Shown in pieces: positions 35,204 through 48,100 of a stretch of 64,000 nt of DNA. Each line of letters opens with the position of its first letter. Position 1 is the first letter of the stretch. A model generated the notes under the pieces. The model saw nothing but the letters and a program-made list of their open reading frames with translations. It made no database searches and was not told where the DNA came from. This stretch comes from Massalongia carnosa (taxonomy: Eukaryota): positions 868,001 through 932,000 of the forward strand of contig OZ287077.1 of assembly GCA_965645245.1 (NCBI GenBank), given 5' to 3'. The position numbers were made by a program, and so were the translations under genes.

Positions 35204-38200
35204 CGAGACCGTGCCATCTCAGAACTGAGATTTTGTAATCGATTTCAAGTTTTTACGATCGATACAATTTATAAAAGGTTGTAAAGTCAAAACTACAGTA
35301 TTATCTATTTAATTTAATATTCGCAAGCTGTCACACTTGATTACCTAGACGGTAAATTTTGATAGCACAATAAAGTTGCTGCAATTGAATACAATTTCTA
35401 AGTGACATGATACCGTATATCATCATAAACTTACAGCAGGATTCGGAGGAACATAAGTTATCATGTCATGTTGCGATCGCAGAATTACTTCCGGATATAC
35501 AATGTTATCCGTTTTTCCGTCATTTCTTTCCGGAAACAACACACACAATCGAGACACATCCGTAACTCGAGATAATGCAACATATAACTGACCATGAGTA
35601 AAAGGAAGAGCTCGCAAATCGACTCCTACCGTTTCCAATCATTGACCTTGCGACTTGTTGTCAGTCATAGCAAAGCACAGTCGTATCGGAAATTGTTTGC
35701 GACTTATGATCCAGGGCAACTCGCTTTTCGTGGTATTAAGATAAATCCGGGGAATTAATCGCGTTTCACCGTTGAATTCTCCTCCAAAATCTTTCCCTCT
35801 AGACAGGTCCGCGAAATGTGAGTAAGACGTAATTGGGTGCCGTTACAGAGACCAAGTTTGGGATACAAATTCCGCAACAAAATGATTGGGGCTCCAAGTT
35901 TCAGTTGCAATTGTGAAGGTAGTAAAGACGATATTTGCAAGGGTTGTAAAAACTCGGGAGGAAGAAAGTCTCCTCGTTCCTGCGCCGTATCGTTCTCTAT
36001 TTGATCAACTGAGTTCAAGGTGTGCGAATCGCCCTGCAATTTATTCATTACTGCACCGTTTAACTCCGCGACGATATCGTTTCGCAAAGTCAAAATTGCT
36101 CGACTTGCGAAAGAATCCGCATCCAGATGAGCTTGCCGCATGCGATCCGAAGGAAAAACGGTGTCCACAAAACTGTCTAAGTTGTTCAATTGATTGACTT
36201 GTTCCGGAAGCTGAACACGACCGTAAAAAGCAGGATCATAAGAAATTTTCCCGATCTAGTCCGCAAACGCCTCATTGGCGACTTCGTTACGAATTCGCAT
36301 GTTTTGACGCAAAAACAGTTTTTGAAATCGCGGCCACAGAAAGGTCTTTTGAATGTTCGCCGCAACGATGCCTTCCCGATTTCCACGGGGAACAACGGGC
36401 AAGATTTGAGCGAAATCTCCGCCTAACACCATCGGAATACCTTCGAAAAGATCGTCATTGCCTAAAAGGTCCGTAAAAGTGCGATGTACGGCCATCAAGC
36501 ATTGTTTGTGTTGCATCGGCACCTTATCTCAAATGATTAATGCTGTGCGTTGCAAAAGACCGTGTAAATGCGTGTTGCAGGTGATATTACACATGCTGTC
36601 CTCATTTAAAATCAAAGGAATTTTAAAACGGGAATGTGAAGTCTGTCCGCCAGGAAGAAGTAAAGCCGCAATGCCGGAAGACGCAACGCAAAAGAACGGT
36701 TTATTCTCCGCCCGAAAATGATTGCAAAGAGTCTTATATAAAAAAGTCTTACCTGTTCCTGCAGGTCCGTGAACAAAAAAATGCGCCGTTCTAGGATAAT
36801 CTCTAACTCCCGCAACAATGGTATCAAAACAGTATTTCTGATCCGCATTCAATTGAGTATATCGTTCATTTCGTAACGTTGTTTCTTCGTTGAAATCGCA
36901 AGTCATTTCTGTAACGGTTCGACCATGCGTGGTGCGGACGGCAGGACCTACAGCGAACATAACAGGAGTCCCAGTTATAGTAGAATAGAGCTTGGTCTGC
37001 GGACTAAGTATTGTGCCTTTTGGTCGGGAGGACAGGTGGCGCAATGGTAGAAATCTATTCACTTCTCGCTTCGTCACAATTTCATTTGCGATCAACGGAT
37101 TTCCAGTACTCCGACCCCAATCGGTTGTAAACAGCGGCATATTATAATCCTCTAATCGTTTTCCCAAATCTGAAAGAACTCCGTTTAACAAATAAAGGCC
37201 GTAATCTAAATGCGGACTCATTAAATCGTCAGAAACATTAGTCATTGATCGTAATTGATGCGGTAAATCGTCACATATATCATTTGCGTATCGATTCCAT
37301 AAGGCCGTAGGATCCGTAACACGACGATCATCGGTTGTGGCCGCATTCTCCCGCAAAGCCTCGCTGGCGGTTTTGTAAAGCCTGATAAAGGGATTCATAT
37401 TGTGCAACATCTCTGTTAAACGTCGTACAATGTCGGGATCTAATTCTGTATGTTGTCGAGTACGAATCGCGGTTGCTTCGTCGGGATCGTAAAAAAACAG
37501 TTGAGCAAAGCGAGGAGAATCGTCAACGGGATGCAAAGAACCTTGCAGGTGATACAATTCTCCGTGAATTTGAAAACACACTGGTCCACGACCGTTGCGA
37601 GGAAGTCGGCGATCGGGTTTGTAGTTTACGGAGGTGAACGTCAACGCGGAATTATATTTTCGGAGGCTTTGCGAAATGTGCGGGTTCTAACATTCGTCAC
37701 CAATTAACAGTTGCCGTAAATAAGCAGGAGGAGGCTGAAACGGTGGCAACACGAAATCACCTCGCTTGCAACAGGATTCGTATACTCGATCTCGTCTTCT
37801 TTCACTCTGAACAGCTTCCGTTTCTCAATGCCACGCACCGCAGTGTCTGCAATGATCTGTCATGTGTTGAATTCGTTGTATCGCGGATTCCAAAGTGTAC
37901 TGACTTTTGAATGCGGCAGGAAAGTCACGAATTGCAGCCGTATGGTCACGGGCTGCAACAGTACGCTCGCGACGACGTGTTCGACGATTTCCTCGTGACT
38001 CACGATGATTAACAAGTAGAGAAACAGGTCTGTAACCGGAACGGATGGAGAAATACGTCCGAAACTCACCCTTACGGAACCGCGAGCTCGGTTGTGATGG
38101 TTCTGACCCGCTTCTGCTTCGTTGAGCAGCATTTCTTCCCAAATGTTCGGATTTTCCAACTCCAAATCATTTCGATTTGGCGGGCTTGGCGAATGGAAAG

Positions 38201-38875
38201 CCGACGATACTGGAGAAACGGAATTCGTCATTGAACTGTCAGGCGAACTCTGCAAAGACGGAAGAGTGACAGAAGATACAATCGAACTTCTTGGAGGAGC
38301 AGGCGGACGCAGGAAAAGACGAACAGGACGTTTCGGTCGTAAGATAAGACGAACGCGTTTTGCGGGAGGATTTTCCGGAGAATTCACTTCATTATGCGGT
38401 CTACGGGGAGAACCCGATTGTCGTAACGGAATGGGAAGTCGAGAAACGATTTCTCGCGGAGAAGAGTTAGGCGGCAAAGACATAGCGGTAGTCGTTGCTG
38501 TTGTTGCGAAGAGATCAGATAATTGTAAATGAATACAGACACGAAATGAAATAACGCGTTGGTATAAAGATTATCGTAAACCCAATTAAGACTACGTTAA
38601 ACCGAATCGAGGGTTTTCGCAGGTTCATTGAACGGACTGGTTTAGCGCAGTTTTCGGGAACAGCAAAACATGAAAAACGCGAACAACGACCACCTCTCGC
38701 GGCCCACAACGAACGTAAAAGAACGTAGTTTTCGCGATACGGACTGATATCAACAGGATCAGTTGATCTCCGAAGTTTGACGAAGTGAAACGGTCCGGTA
38801 CGGTCGAGGCAAGAGGGGAATTTTTGGTCCTGTCCGCAGGGAGGTCCTCCCCGCATTATTTGATAATTCAGTACT
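35204..38875 (-). mobile_element. Helitron (Rep/Pif1-helicase) element, defective
   Basis: Disrupted reading frame 35423-38483: CxxC/CC N-terminal region, FQIHGELYHLQG, PRFAQLFFYD, then Pif1 motifs GPAGTGKT, ASSGIAALLLPGGQTSHSRFKIP, GGDFAQILPVV, LRQNMR, NKSQGQ, FTHGQLYVALSRVT. It has stops and frameshifts, and the central Rep region is missing. 3' hairpin ATCTCAGTTCTGAGAT. Confidence 0.92.
36910..37078. mobile_element. Solo LTR (169 bp) inserted in the Helitron
   Basis: TGTAACG...CGTCACA termini flanked by the 5-bp direct repeat ATTTC (36905-36909, 37079-37083). Removal restores NPLIANEMTCDF. Confidence 0.85.
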
Positions 38876-40162
38876 GTTCCGCAAGCCGCGTTCCCTTTTT
38901 CGGGTTCAATCTAACCGAATAAGGTAGTGTTGCCCAAAGTAGCAGGGGAACTACTTCAGTATATTGGTAACGGATACTTCCTCCCTATTCCACTTCCCAT
39001 CTACCAAAATATTCCATCCAGTCTATCAATCACTTACCAACCTATGCAACTTATCCATCTACGTAATACGTACCTTATCTTTCTAACTTCTAACCCAGCT
39101 TGCTCATTCATCTCTCGCTATCCATGATAAAGCCTACTTAGCAGCTTACCCAGGGCGGAAATTTATGGAGAGTCGAGGCTGTTGAAGGGATTGGAGGTGT
39201 GGAGGGAGGAGAGGGAGAGGTTATAGATGGTAGGGGAAAGATGGGAGACGGTATAGGGGGGTTCCGGATTCCAAGCGCTTCTGCGGGCTTTTCTAAAGAA
39301 GACAGCATAGCCAGCATTAGGTTAATCCTTACACTATTTTCCTATGCGGCGGACTGCCATATGGTTTTTCCCGTACCCCAAGGGTAGTAAAGGACACACC
39401 CATCCCCAAACGTCATTATAGATAATGGAAAGAATGGAAGGCCCAAGGAGGGAAAAAGCCTTTTCAATTTCTCTAGTCTTGGGGTATTGTATTTATTTAC
39501 ACGAAAGCTGTCCAGGGTAGAGTGTCAAGAAGAAGAAAACAAGAGGAGAACAACAGAGTTATTAAAAAGGGTTCAGCTGTGCTTCCTTCCCCAGCGTCGA
39601 TGCCCAAAAAGAGTAGGGAGGGGGAGGTCCCTTTCTGTTGCTTCGGACCCCTCTCCACACACCGCTATAGCATCACCCGCATACACTCCTCCGAAGATAC
39701 CAAAGCTGGAGAAGTGGAGGAAAGAAGAAGGGAAAGAAAGATAGGAAAGCACGCCAAGCCCAACCGTCCCCATCGTTGAGGAAAGAAAGGAGAGAAAGAA
39801 AAAATCAAAATTACCCAGGCCTGCAAGCCTATGCTTCCGCAACCACCACGACTGTAAGCGACAACTAGCAGGCAGCGAGATAGTAGAGGTGGGTTCTTGT
39901 AGTATTCCGTAAAGGAAAATCTCCCAATCCATGATGCAAGCGAGAAAATCCTTTTTCGCGAGCGCGAGTAACCTTGATTTTTGTTGGTGAACGCCTGTGA
40001 AAAGAGCCCGACCGGTTACCGAGAAAGAAGGAACTTTTAAGACATGGTCTAAGTTGAAAAAAAGGCCTCACGAATGCGAAATTGCGCTCGTGCTCAGTCA
40101 TATGCACAGCGTATTAAATATGGTCACCGTGATTGTTATGTGGCTTGGAACCAATCGCCTTG

Positions 40163-43100
40163 CTATAATGCTGCGCCAGCATTGCCATCTGCTTTGTCAT
40201 CGGATTTCGGTGGTGACTTAGAGCGATGACGCTCAGAAGGCTTAGCCTTGACGTTCGGAGGTGATGAGGTAGCAGAAGGTGGAGAACCAGGTTCGCCAGA
40301 CGCGTCGGTAAGTCCTGCGAGAGCACTATGAAACCGTTAGCCTCCTGTCACGTATACTAAACCCACGATGACATCTTACCTAAACGCATTTGCGTGCTTT
40401 GCTGCTTCCTTTTCTTCTTTTTCCTTCTTCTCTTTCTGAGCAGGTGGGGTGCCTGTTCGACTTGAAGCGCCAGAGTCTTCGCCACCCTTCCCGATTCCGC
40501 TACTTCCCAAGGTCTTGCGGGTATTAGATCCCCTAGCACCGCCAAACATGGAGGTTGGGCCAAACACAGTACTGCCTTGAGAGCTAACCTGCCGAGATCC
40601 GCCGCGGCTTCCAAGTCTCCGAAGGTCTTCCATTCCAACCGTGTTCTTGTTATAATCTGGCGGGGGCATCATGCCGTACTGACCTCCAGAGAAGTTTCGA
40701 GCGTCACCACGACCAACAGGCATGCGACCACTTCCGCCACCTCCACCTCCTCTTCGTGAACCTGCATCTTGCATTCGTTGTACTTCCTTCTCGCGCTCAG
40801 CGGCAACAGTCTAGACTTAGTGAGCAAATTTTATTACCAAAATCATAGAAAAATCTTACTTGAGCCCGGACTTCATCTAGAGTGGTGGGACCTTTAATAG
40901 CTCCAGCTTTTCCATGCCAACCCTTCTTCCGCAAATCCACAATGTCCTATTAAATGTTAGTAAAACGCTAAGGACATTGAACCACCAAAAATTTACCATC
41001 AGCATGAAGCTCAATCGACTTGGTAGACCCGGTGTCTTTATCATGGTTTCTATCCGCTTGAAGTACGCATCCATCAAGTCTAAACCACGTTGTGTGCTGT
41101 CTAAGTTCTGCCCAATCGTCTTAAGCAGACTAGTCAGAGACTCGACTTCAGCTTCATCCGGTGTACCCTCGTAGTCCACGAGTTTCTTAACACATTCATG
41201 CATGATGCGTTCTGTAAGCATCCCCAGCTTATACAGTTCGCCGATAAATCTCACTAGGCCAAGCCCACGTCGTTTAGCGGCGGCAGCAATGTAATATTCA
41301 TCGGACAACATTGTTACTTCTTCAGATTCTCCATCAGGTTTTTGTGGAAGATTTGTCTTCCAACCACGCTCAAACTCTTCTTGACAACGAGTAAGAAGAT
41401 ACTTCCGGAATAATGCTCCCCCAACCACAACATTATCTTTCTTATCAAGGATACTCACGTCCTTGATCTCAGGACTCATAGACTCAAGCATTCGCTTGCA
41501 GAATTCGGCGTACATTTGAGCCCAGTGAGCTTCATCAGTCGCCTTCTCGAAAGTAAGTTGAATGACCTGCCGAAGAGTTCTTCCATCAGTTTCATCTTTA
41601 GACTGCCCGGCAATGGCAAGAATCTGATCCGATATCTTATCGAAGTTGTTTGGTGTCATCTTGTTGAGATTAGACTTGACTTTGCGCTGTACAACATCGG
41701 GTGCCATATGACCATCTCCGCCAGGAGCTGGACCTGCTATACCTGTTGCGTTCGCACCCACCGAGCGTGGTTTCCAGCCAGCAGCAGAAACTTCGATAGG
41801 TTTTAAATCCTTACCAGCGGTAAGAGGCATTTCCTTAGAAAGCTTATCATCCCCACGCACGGGTCGACCGCTTCGGCTACCCCGCATAGCTCCGCCGCGT
41901 TGACTAGGATTACCGCGTGGGGATGATAGATGAGTCGCAAGCGATGTTGAGGAGGATGTGCGTTCCATAGGCTTGGACATACCTACCGGAAATCCACCAG
42001 GACGGACCAAATTGGCCAGCGGATTTTGCATTGAGGGGCGCGGCGGTGTTGGCAATCCAATGGTAGATGCTTGATAACGGGCTTGGGAGGTTGTTCCAGA
42101 AGGCAGAGTCCTTCCGCCTGGGGCTCCAAAAGTACCCATCACCGGTTGAGCGGTACGATTTGAAGGTTGCCGAGCACTCATCGGTGGAGCCCCACGTGCC
42201 GAGGTAGCTCGAGCGGAAGCAGGTTCTGTAGTATCCCCTAACGTTTCCTTGATTCTATCGGTCCAGTTCTCAGATGGCTTCTCAACAAACGCTCGTTGAA
42301 ATTGCAAGAGGAACTCCTTGTCATATCTAAACTTGCCATTCGGTGCTGCGGTATTCAACGCCGGATTGGGTGACGCAACAGGCGCTGGATAAGAGACGTC
42401 CGTAATGGACGTAAGCCTGCGAGCGGATCGAAGAGAAAGGAGTTGTGCGCTTGGCTGGGCTGGTTCGATGGTCTTGGAGGTCTCGAGCTTTAGCGCAGCA
42501 GGTTTCTGCTTCCCGCTGGTTGTGCTTCGTAAAGGTGGAGCCATTGATGTGTCAGAAGCCGGCGTGGCAGTACCGCTTTCAACAGGGGTCTCTACGACGG
42601 CTGGCGTATCACTAGATGGGGTAGCTGGCCCATCCTTCTTAAGGGCTGTAAATAGATTAACTCGCTCCTTCTGGGAATCCTCACCTTCACTCTCCTCAAG
42701 CTTCTTCAACCGGGCATCTTCAGCCTCTTCCATTTCTCGTTCAGCCCTCTTTAAGTCTTCATCGGCCCTTGCAGCGGCTTCAGCTTCAAGGCGAGCCTTT
42801 TCCTCCTTCTCGGCTTGCTTCTTCTTTTGATATTTCTCCTCGGCCTCCTTCTCTAAGCGTTCGTACTCGGCTTCAAGGCGAGCAAATTCTTCCTCTTCTT
42901 CCTTCTCCTTTCGAGCTTTCTCGGCTTCCTCCCTGGCCTTAGCGGCGGCCTGCTCAGCTTCCTCAGCTTCGGCCTTTTCCCTCTTTGCTGCCTCTTCTGC
43001 CTCCAATTGCGCCTTAGCGGCTTCCAACCGTTTGATCTCAGCCTCTTCCTTTTCCTTCAAAATCTTAGCATCCGCCGCCTTTTCATCTTCTACGGCTTTG

Positions 43101-45109
43101 AGCTCCGCCTCTAATTTCAGTCGCTTTTCCTCTGCCTTTTCGGCTTCGATCTTCTTAGCAATGGCTTCTCTCATGTCATTTTTCTTCTCCTCGTATGACT
43201 TGACCGCTTTGCTGTCGGTACGTTGATGGGAGGAATCATTTGGCGTCCGAGGCGGAGGAGTAGGTGTTGACGATAAAATCGCAGGAGATCGTCTTGTAGG
43301 TGCAGGAGATGGAGGTTGCTTATCAAAATTCATTACAGCCCCACTGCTAGGGTCCTTGATTTGTATCCCTGCGCCTTTTCGCTGAGGAATCTTAAAGTCT
43401 ATAGTTTTAGGTGCGGGACTGATAGTTTGGCGACTAATGGGGTTGACGGCTGGAATTATGCTCGGCGTTTGCGATTTGCCAAGGCTTGAGCCTGGACGGT
43501 CGGAAGCTGACATGGCCGATGGATCGCGTGACATTTGTTGCGGTTGCGGTGGAGTGTTGTACTGGCCGGGGGTGTACTGCTGTTGTGGCGGCGGTTGTGG
43601 CATTTGATGAGGGGGGCGCGGGGAGCTCGGAGGCATGAACTGCATCGACGATGTATACATGGGGCCGTACTGATGATAGTATGCGGCAGCTTGGTTTGGG
43701 TCAAACCCAGGTTGCATGCCATATTGATTCTGGTTTCTTGTTGTCAGATAATGCTCAAAGTTACCACTGTGTGGAGAAAGATCTGGGAGAGGATGAGCAC
43801 GAAGAAGGTGTTGGAAAGAAAATGAAGCCAACTGGGGCTCCAGGATGGAGTTCTTTGGACGGGGAGATGAAGAAGATTGAGGCTTTACTTGTGGTACCAT
43901 GTTCGGAGGATAACCGCCATAAGGATGCTGGAACATTTGCGAATTCACCATGGGTACCTGACCCGGCTGCGGGTGAACAGGCTGTGAATTCGTCAGGTTG
44001 GGGCTGCGAGCCCCGGGATGTGGAGTTTGATATGGTGCCAGGCGACCCTGCTGTGATTGAAATGGAGCATTCATGCCCGGCCCGCGCGGCTGATTCGGCG
44101 GTGGTCGAAAGTTTGTTGCTGGAGAGTAAGACAGATGTTGCTGATAGGGTGGGCCATACGCTCTATTCCGACCTGGCTGCGGCTGTTGTGGTGGTGGGGG
44201 TTGTGGCACATACCCACCTCTCCCCGAGCCAGGTCCCATAGCCGGATTTCCCATATCACTATGCGTAGATTGCGATGATTCCCGACGTAGATGACCTACT
44301 TGCGGCCCTGGAGCCAGAGGACCTTGTGGAATGCTCGATGGTTTCATCTGTCGCTGTTGAGAGGTCAACAGTTGCGCTACTGAACAAGGTCTGTGACTTA
44401 TACTCACTTCCTCGCCTCCCAGACTCCCGAAATTTAGCCCATTACCTTGGCCTTGGAGACTTGAAGGGGGTCTACCACCGCTAGCAGGTGGTTGAGGGAT
44501 AGGTGATGGTGAAGTCTGAGGGGAGGTGATGCGTGGATCCGACGGATTCTGTACGGCTAAGGAGTTTGGCGATTGACCATGAAGATGCGCACTCTTTACT
44601 ATGGCTGGTGATCCACCTGCATTGATTTGGCCAAACTGAATGTTGTTCCCACCTGTAGGTTTTCCTGCTACTGGTCCACCATTCGGCATATGTCCCGAGG
44701 CACCAGCAGCACTGATGGTAACCGAGGGCTTACGGATATGATTGCCTGGTCCTGAGATCGGACTTACAGTAGGGTTGCCATTGACTATAGTAGGGGGTCC
44801 CAGGACTGGAACAGCCGGTGGGATAAACCCTTTGCTGTTCACCGAATCCGTTTTGCCATGGTGTGTTGATGATCCTCCCACACCCACGGGCGAGGACGAA
44901 GTGTTGCTTGTCGAAGTAGGCGAAATTTGCTTCTTCGACACACTGGCATAGCTTCGGGCCGTGGCAGTGGCAGGAGGAGTGGCCGTCGCGCCAGTCTGAG
45001 GCGTGGTCTTGCCACTGATCGAACCGGGGGGTAGATGCGCTTGGGCAGCTGTCTGCGATAAGTTGCTAGGTGCTTGCGGTGGTAGAACTGGTTGAGAGAT
45101 GCTTGTCAT
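40163..45109 (-). CDS. TIF4631: Translation initiation factor eIF4G, multi-exon
   Basis: eIF4E-binding motif YDKEFLL; MIF4G domain (VQRKVKSNLNKMT, FEKATDEAHWAQMYAEFC, RRGLGLVRFIGELYKLGML); further exons at 40376-40810 and 40163-40325. Confidence 0.95.
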
Positions 45110-48100
45110 TGAAAATTTGGTATAACACTTTACTAATTGTCTTTTTGGTGTGCGCCGAAATGTGTAGACGCAAGCTCAACTTGAGATCTGTATCATTAAC
45201 AACCGAATGTCAAATCCGGAGGGTAGGTTAAAGAAGTGTGAAAACCCGTTTGATTTTGGAGTGGAGTGGTTAACGAAAGCGACGAAAAAGTTGTCGCAGT
45301 TGAGGGAAATGGTCGAATTCAATCTGACTAGGTTGCTCCAAGAGCAAAGCCTTGCGGCCGGCGACCTTTGACGTCAAAGGAGCGTGTACTCAGCAGATGT
45401 GAGTGAAGGGTATCAAATAAGAAGTCTCTCTATTCTGAAGACAGCGATGGTCCCGTAGAACTCGCTGATGGTAATACGCTGGGTGTGTTGGTGTGGATTG
45501 TGTGGTTGTTGAGAAACAAAATTAAATTTTCGTAAAAGGAAATCTAATGTAAGGAAGGGTTCATACACTAACTACCATTACGGAATAGCCGATTACATCA
45601 GCAGCAGTCCTGGAGCACAAACAATAACTATGAGGAGGAATACTTTGTGCTCTTTACGGAGTACTCGGTACAGAGTACCATCAAGAGTATTTTGTGTTAA
45701 GCTATTGATGCTCACCTATAGAGTACCTCTGTGAGACTTTGAACCGAGTGAATAAGTTAGCTGCCATTGGGCTTTCCATCACAATCATACTGCCTACATG
45801 ATGCACAACACACTCGTCTTTTTCTGCTCCCAAGCTGAGAACGACTCGCCAGCCCTATGGGTTTATTTAGGTCATACATCCTCATCACAGATCCCACAGA
45901 GTAAAGGGCAAGAATGTGAACGTTTACAATGCTTTGTGTTTTTACTCCTCGTCCTTCGAATCGCCTCATTCCTACGAGCCATTGATATCCAATGCCTTCT
46001 CCGGTGTACATAGTCATTTCTTTCTCCCGTTCTGGTCTGAGCAAACAGGCTAAAGGAATTTGATACTAGCCCGACCAATGAAACGGATTGTTCCGCACCA
46101 ACCCGCCTTGAACTTCATACTACATTTTACAAAGAGAGAAAATAAATAATGAGGCGTAACTAGTTAGACAGTGAGAGAAAATATGAGAACCGATGGCATG
46201 GATCATCCAAAACGCGAAAATAGAAGGCTTGTTATGCAAGCAATGCGCACATCGGGGCAGACGTGCATGAGCCGATTGTTATTTCCGTCATTGGTAGTTA
46301 TGTCTAAAGTACGGAGTAGTATTTCTATTTTCATTTCTAACTAGACCTTACTTAGAACCAGTTACTACAGAATATAAAGCAGCCTATATCTACATCTCTT
46401 ACGTCTCATCAAGTCTAAACACTATCTTCAAAGTTTCCATCTATCTAATCACCTTTCTCGCTCAATCCGACGATCCGAAGTGGAAAATGAAAATTATCTC
46501 CCAAACAAATTCCTTAATCTGTGAACCGCTTGAATCCTACAATATTTATCTACACGGTACGGGCTAAGGATGACTCATTTTAACGACTTATCTACCTAGG
46601 GAGGTTCTTAGCGATTAAATGCACATAACAGAGGTGGGTTTTCAGATACGAATGAACGTTCTATGAGCTAGAGGATTTCAACATCTGTTTTCTTACAGGG
46701 GGGTTGTTTTTTCGATTCGATTTATCATTTTTAATGATCAACTCTATTGCGTTCCTTCATTTGCTAGACCGATCCTCTGAGGCATCTTGAACTCCCTCAA
46801 AACGTGTCAAAATAGGGCATCAGAAATAGTTTTACCTAGAGCTTGCTTCCATAGTACCGGTTGAATAGTCATGTATATCCCCCATGTTTTCCCTGTAAAG
46901 ACAGCTTCAAACCCTATTACTCTCTATCATAACTAGATTTGTTCGCCTCAGCTCTTGGTGCTCGCTTAACCCATATTAGCCCTAGCACAGCCTTAAGCGC
47001 AACATTGTTGAACAAAAAATCAACCAGGCATACGGCAGCGGGATGCAGGAGAAGAGGGTCTAGGGCTATCAAGGATAGGCAAAGAGAAGTGCTTGGCAAA
47101 CGTGATGCAGGTACTCCGTATTTCCAGTGAAGATACTCCAAATTTAGCTATCTGCTGAACTGAATTCTGAACGACTGAATAGCTAAATTACATGAGGAAT
47201 CACCGTCTCTTTATACTGCTTGAGGGCCTCCATCTCGGCCTATATCAAATGCATGAACCTGCTTCCTTTGAACCTTTTCAGCTGGGCAAAATACACCTTA
47301 TTGCTGACCGGAGACACCGAGACACTCAGTGATCATGAACAGCTGAATTGCCTCCGAAATGTAGCATTTTTGCTGCATACCTTTGCCTCCTCGTAATTGC
47401 CGAAGTCGTGCCGATATCTGCATATAGCATATGATTGCCTAATCTGGAAATTAGTAAGCAGGAAGCAAAAGAACCTCGGTCGCAAATTTTCAGGTATCTC
47501 GGCAAATTCCAATAAACATGATACCACTGGAAGGTCTTGGGTCATGGTTTTTTCAATTTGTGCGTTCAAATAGTAGCGTCAGTAAATATATTAAAAGCTG
47601 GTACCCATAAACGAATAGCTGGACTTTTAATTATCACGCCATGGCCATGCGGCCGCTGCAGAGACTCCTCTTTTAGCGTCAGTTAAGACGTTTAATGATA
47701 TACTACCCAGGTCCCCGATAACTAGAAAATTTCCAAAAATACGTTTTCTTGTCTTTATAGAAAGAAAACCATGCAAATCTACATTAAAATCTAATATATA
47801 TCTTCTAAATAATGTTAGAGGTTCTAAAGTTATATCCTCCGATCGAAGTGATCTAAATATTTCACTTCACATATTTTACAGGCCCTAGTTACATAGACGC
47901 ACAAGGTAGTTCCAGCGATCAAAAAGCACATGCTATAAACTCTGTTTCAATAACCATGTCGGAAGCCTCCTTCTACTTCGCTCTGACCCATTACCGCACT
48001 CATATCTCAATATGATGAAGCTCGCAGCGACCTAAAAAACCCATTATGCGAAACGCAACGAGCTCAGCTACAAGATCACCCAGGCTCAACCTGATATGTT

